IMG/VR virus record: IMGVR_UViG_3300034073_005193
Coordinates: 1 to 64,000 of that record
Direction: 5' to 3' (one strand)
Length of the DNA: 64,000 bases
From: an uncultured virus (IMG/VR IMGVR_UViG_3300034073_005193)
Lineage: Duplodnaviria; Heunggongvirae; Uroviricota; Caudoviricetes
Part shown: positions 62,791 to 64,000 of the stretch, one piece after another
How the letters are laid out: the number at the start of each line of letters is the position of its first letter
How positions within the stretch are numbered: position 1 is the first letter of the stretch
Translations under genes and position numbers: made by a program
The notes under the pieces: generated by a model
Database searches by the model: none
What the model was told of the DNA's origin: nothing
What the model saw: the letters and a program-made list of their open reading frames with translations, nothing else

Positions 62791-63333
62791 ATGAAAAATA
62801 CTTTGGAGCGGGATCGTGAGCGTTGGTTCGTTAATTCGGCTATTCGAGTGCCAAAAGTCATTTGTATCAATTCAGATGACAAGAACTTAGGCGCTCTCAT
62901 CACTAGGGATGCTTTGAAGCTTGCTCAAGAGCAAGGCTTGGATTTAGTTCAACTGAGCCCGCCATCAAAAGATAAGCCGCCCACTTGTAAAATTATGGAC
63001 TTTAGCAAGTTTAAATATGAAACTTCTAAAAAGAAAAAAGAAGCTGATAAAAAGCAGCGAGAATCCATTGTCAAAGTTAAAGAAATTAAATTCAAACCAA
63101 CTACAGGCGCTCACGATTTAGAGATTAAAGCTAAGCAGGCAGAAAAATTTCTTCAAGAAAACATCAAGGTTAAGATTGCTATTCTATTTGTTGGTCGAGC
63201 AATCACTCATCAAGAACTTGGCACTCAAACTCTTGAGCAATTTTTAAGCTTTCTTCCAGAAAATTCATTTAAAATTGATGGAAATATTTCTTGGGAAGGA
63301 AAAGAACTTACATTGATAATTATGAAGCCATGA
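62791..63333 (+). CDS. infC: Translation initiation factor IF-3
   Basis: N..IR, AL.LA.E.GLDLV, PPTCKIMDFSKFKYE, KVKEIKF.P....HD. Confidence 0.95.
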   Translation: MKNTLERDRERWFVNSAIRVPKVICINSDDKNLGALITRDALKLAQEQGLDLVQLSPPSKDKPPTCKIMDFSKFKYETSKKKKEADKKQRESIVKVKEIKFKPTTGAHDLEIKAKQAEKFLQENIKVKIAILFVGRAITHQELGTQTLEQFLSFLPENSFKIDGNISWEGKELTLIIMKP

Positions 63334-63779
63334 TTCTTACAGATGAAGAAACGGTAAGATCTTTAGGTCTTGCGGCTGAAGAAGTTTATAAGAATGAAAT
63401 TGAAGATCTAAAAAGTATCTTAGAAAAAGAACTTCTTCTCTCTGAGAAGAGTGGAGTACCAGGAATAGGATTAGCATGCCCTCAAATTGGAATTCCTAAA
63501 AAAATGGCTATAATTAGAATGCCTGGAAAGACTTTTTTTTATGCAGATTTAGTCAATCCAGTTATTGAAGAGAAATATGATTTAAGTATATTTGATGGGG
63601 AGGGGTGCTTATCTTTTCCTGGTCTTTCTGGAAGAACTCAAAGATACCAAGAAATAAAAGTAAAAAATTTACTAGGATTTCCTAAAAAATTTATTGCAAC
63701 TGGATTGCCAGCAGTATGCATTCAACATGAAATAGATCATTTGCACGGAATAGTACTGCCCGATTTAATTAAAGGATAA
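63330..63779 (+). CDS. def: Peptide deformylase
   Basis: GIGLACPQIG, EGCLS, QHEIDHL; ATGA-coupled to infC. Confidence 0.95.
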   Translation: MILTDEETVRSLGLAAEEVYKNEIEDLKSILEKELLLSEKSGVPGIGLACPQIGIPKKMAIIRMPGKTFFYADLVNPVIEEKYDLSIFDGEGCLSFPGLSGRTQRYQEIKVKNLLGFPKKFIATGLPAVCIQHEIDHLHGIVLPDLIKG

Positions 63780-64000
63780 TATGCAGAATAATAATGATAA
63801 TTTACTTTTATTTAAAAATTTATTAATTGAAATGGCTGTGCGAGTAGCTACTTTAGAAAAAGTCTTATTAGATAAGGACCTCATCTCATTAGATGACTTA
63901 TCATCTGCAGACGAAAAACTAAATAAAGAAATAACCAACATTATTAATGAAAAATAATATTACTTTAATATGTGAAAATTTAAAAAATAAAAAAATAAAA

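Noticed and set aside
1..64000. Stop-codon reassignment
   Set aside because: Conserved genes are full length in the standard code; TAG, TGA and TAA all terminate genes at sensible boundaries; no suppressor tRNA seen
1..64000. CRISPR array, cas genes, reverse transcriptase/DGR/retron, integrase, introns or inteins
   Set aside because: No regularly spaced repeats or corresponding protein motifs found by eye; conserved genes are uninterrupted

Overview
An AT-rich, densely coding, almost entirely plus-strand segment of a large (jumbo/huge) dsDNA bacteriophage genome, read in the standard genetic code. The first ~27 kb is an array of small, mostly unknown early/accessory genes with local paralog expansions. 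It also holds thyA, two HslV-like Ntn proteases, a papain-like protease, a deaminase, an RNA ligase, a SpoU methyltransferase and an FtsK-like ATPase. The rest holds three CCA-less tRNAs (Gln-UUG, Ser-GGA, Thr-GGU), an RpoH-like sigma factor, PurA, rIIA/rIIB, a helicase, nucleotide-sugar enzymes, Thg1, Dps-like, DksA, ClpP, TopA, ribosomal protein S21, an MT-A70 methyltransferase, IF-3 and peptide deformylase. Myxobacterial-style proteins (DUF4388+roadblock, a Cys/Ser/Gly lipoprotein) hint at a Myxococcota or related host. Notable unannotated structure: (1) a non-sigma70 upstream motif sitting exactly 3 nt before SD-less start codons of scattered genes, several of whose unrelated products share a short terminal K-x-A/aromatic helix (candidate leaderless late class of head-packaged cargo); (2) a possible divergent Zn-ribbon sigma-like protein; (3) sigma70 promoters embedded in inverted repeats; (4) a cassette-boundary repeat near 1.1-1.4 kb; (5) a GC/AT-juxtaposed origin-like locus at 28.2 kb. 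All calls come from motif reading only; no searches were run.
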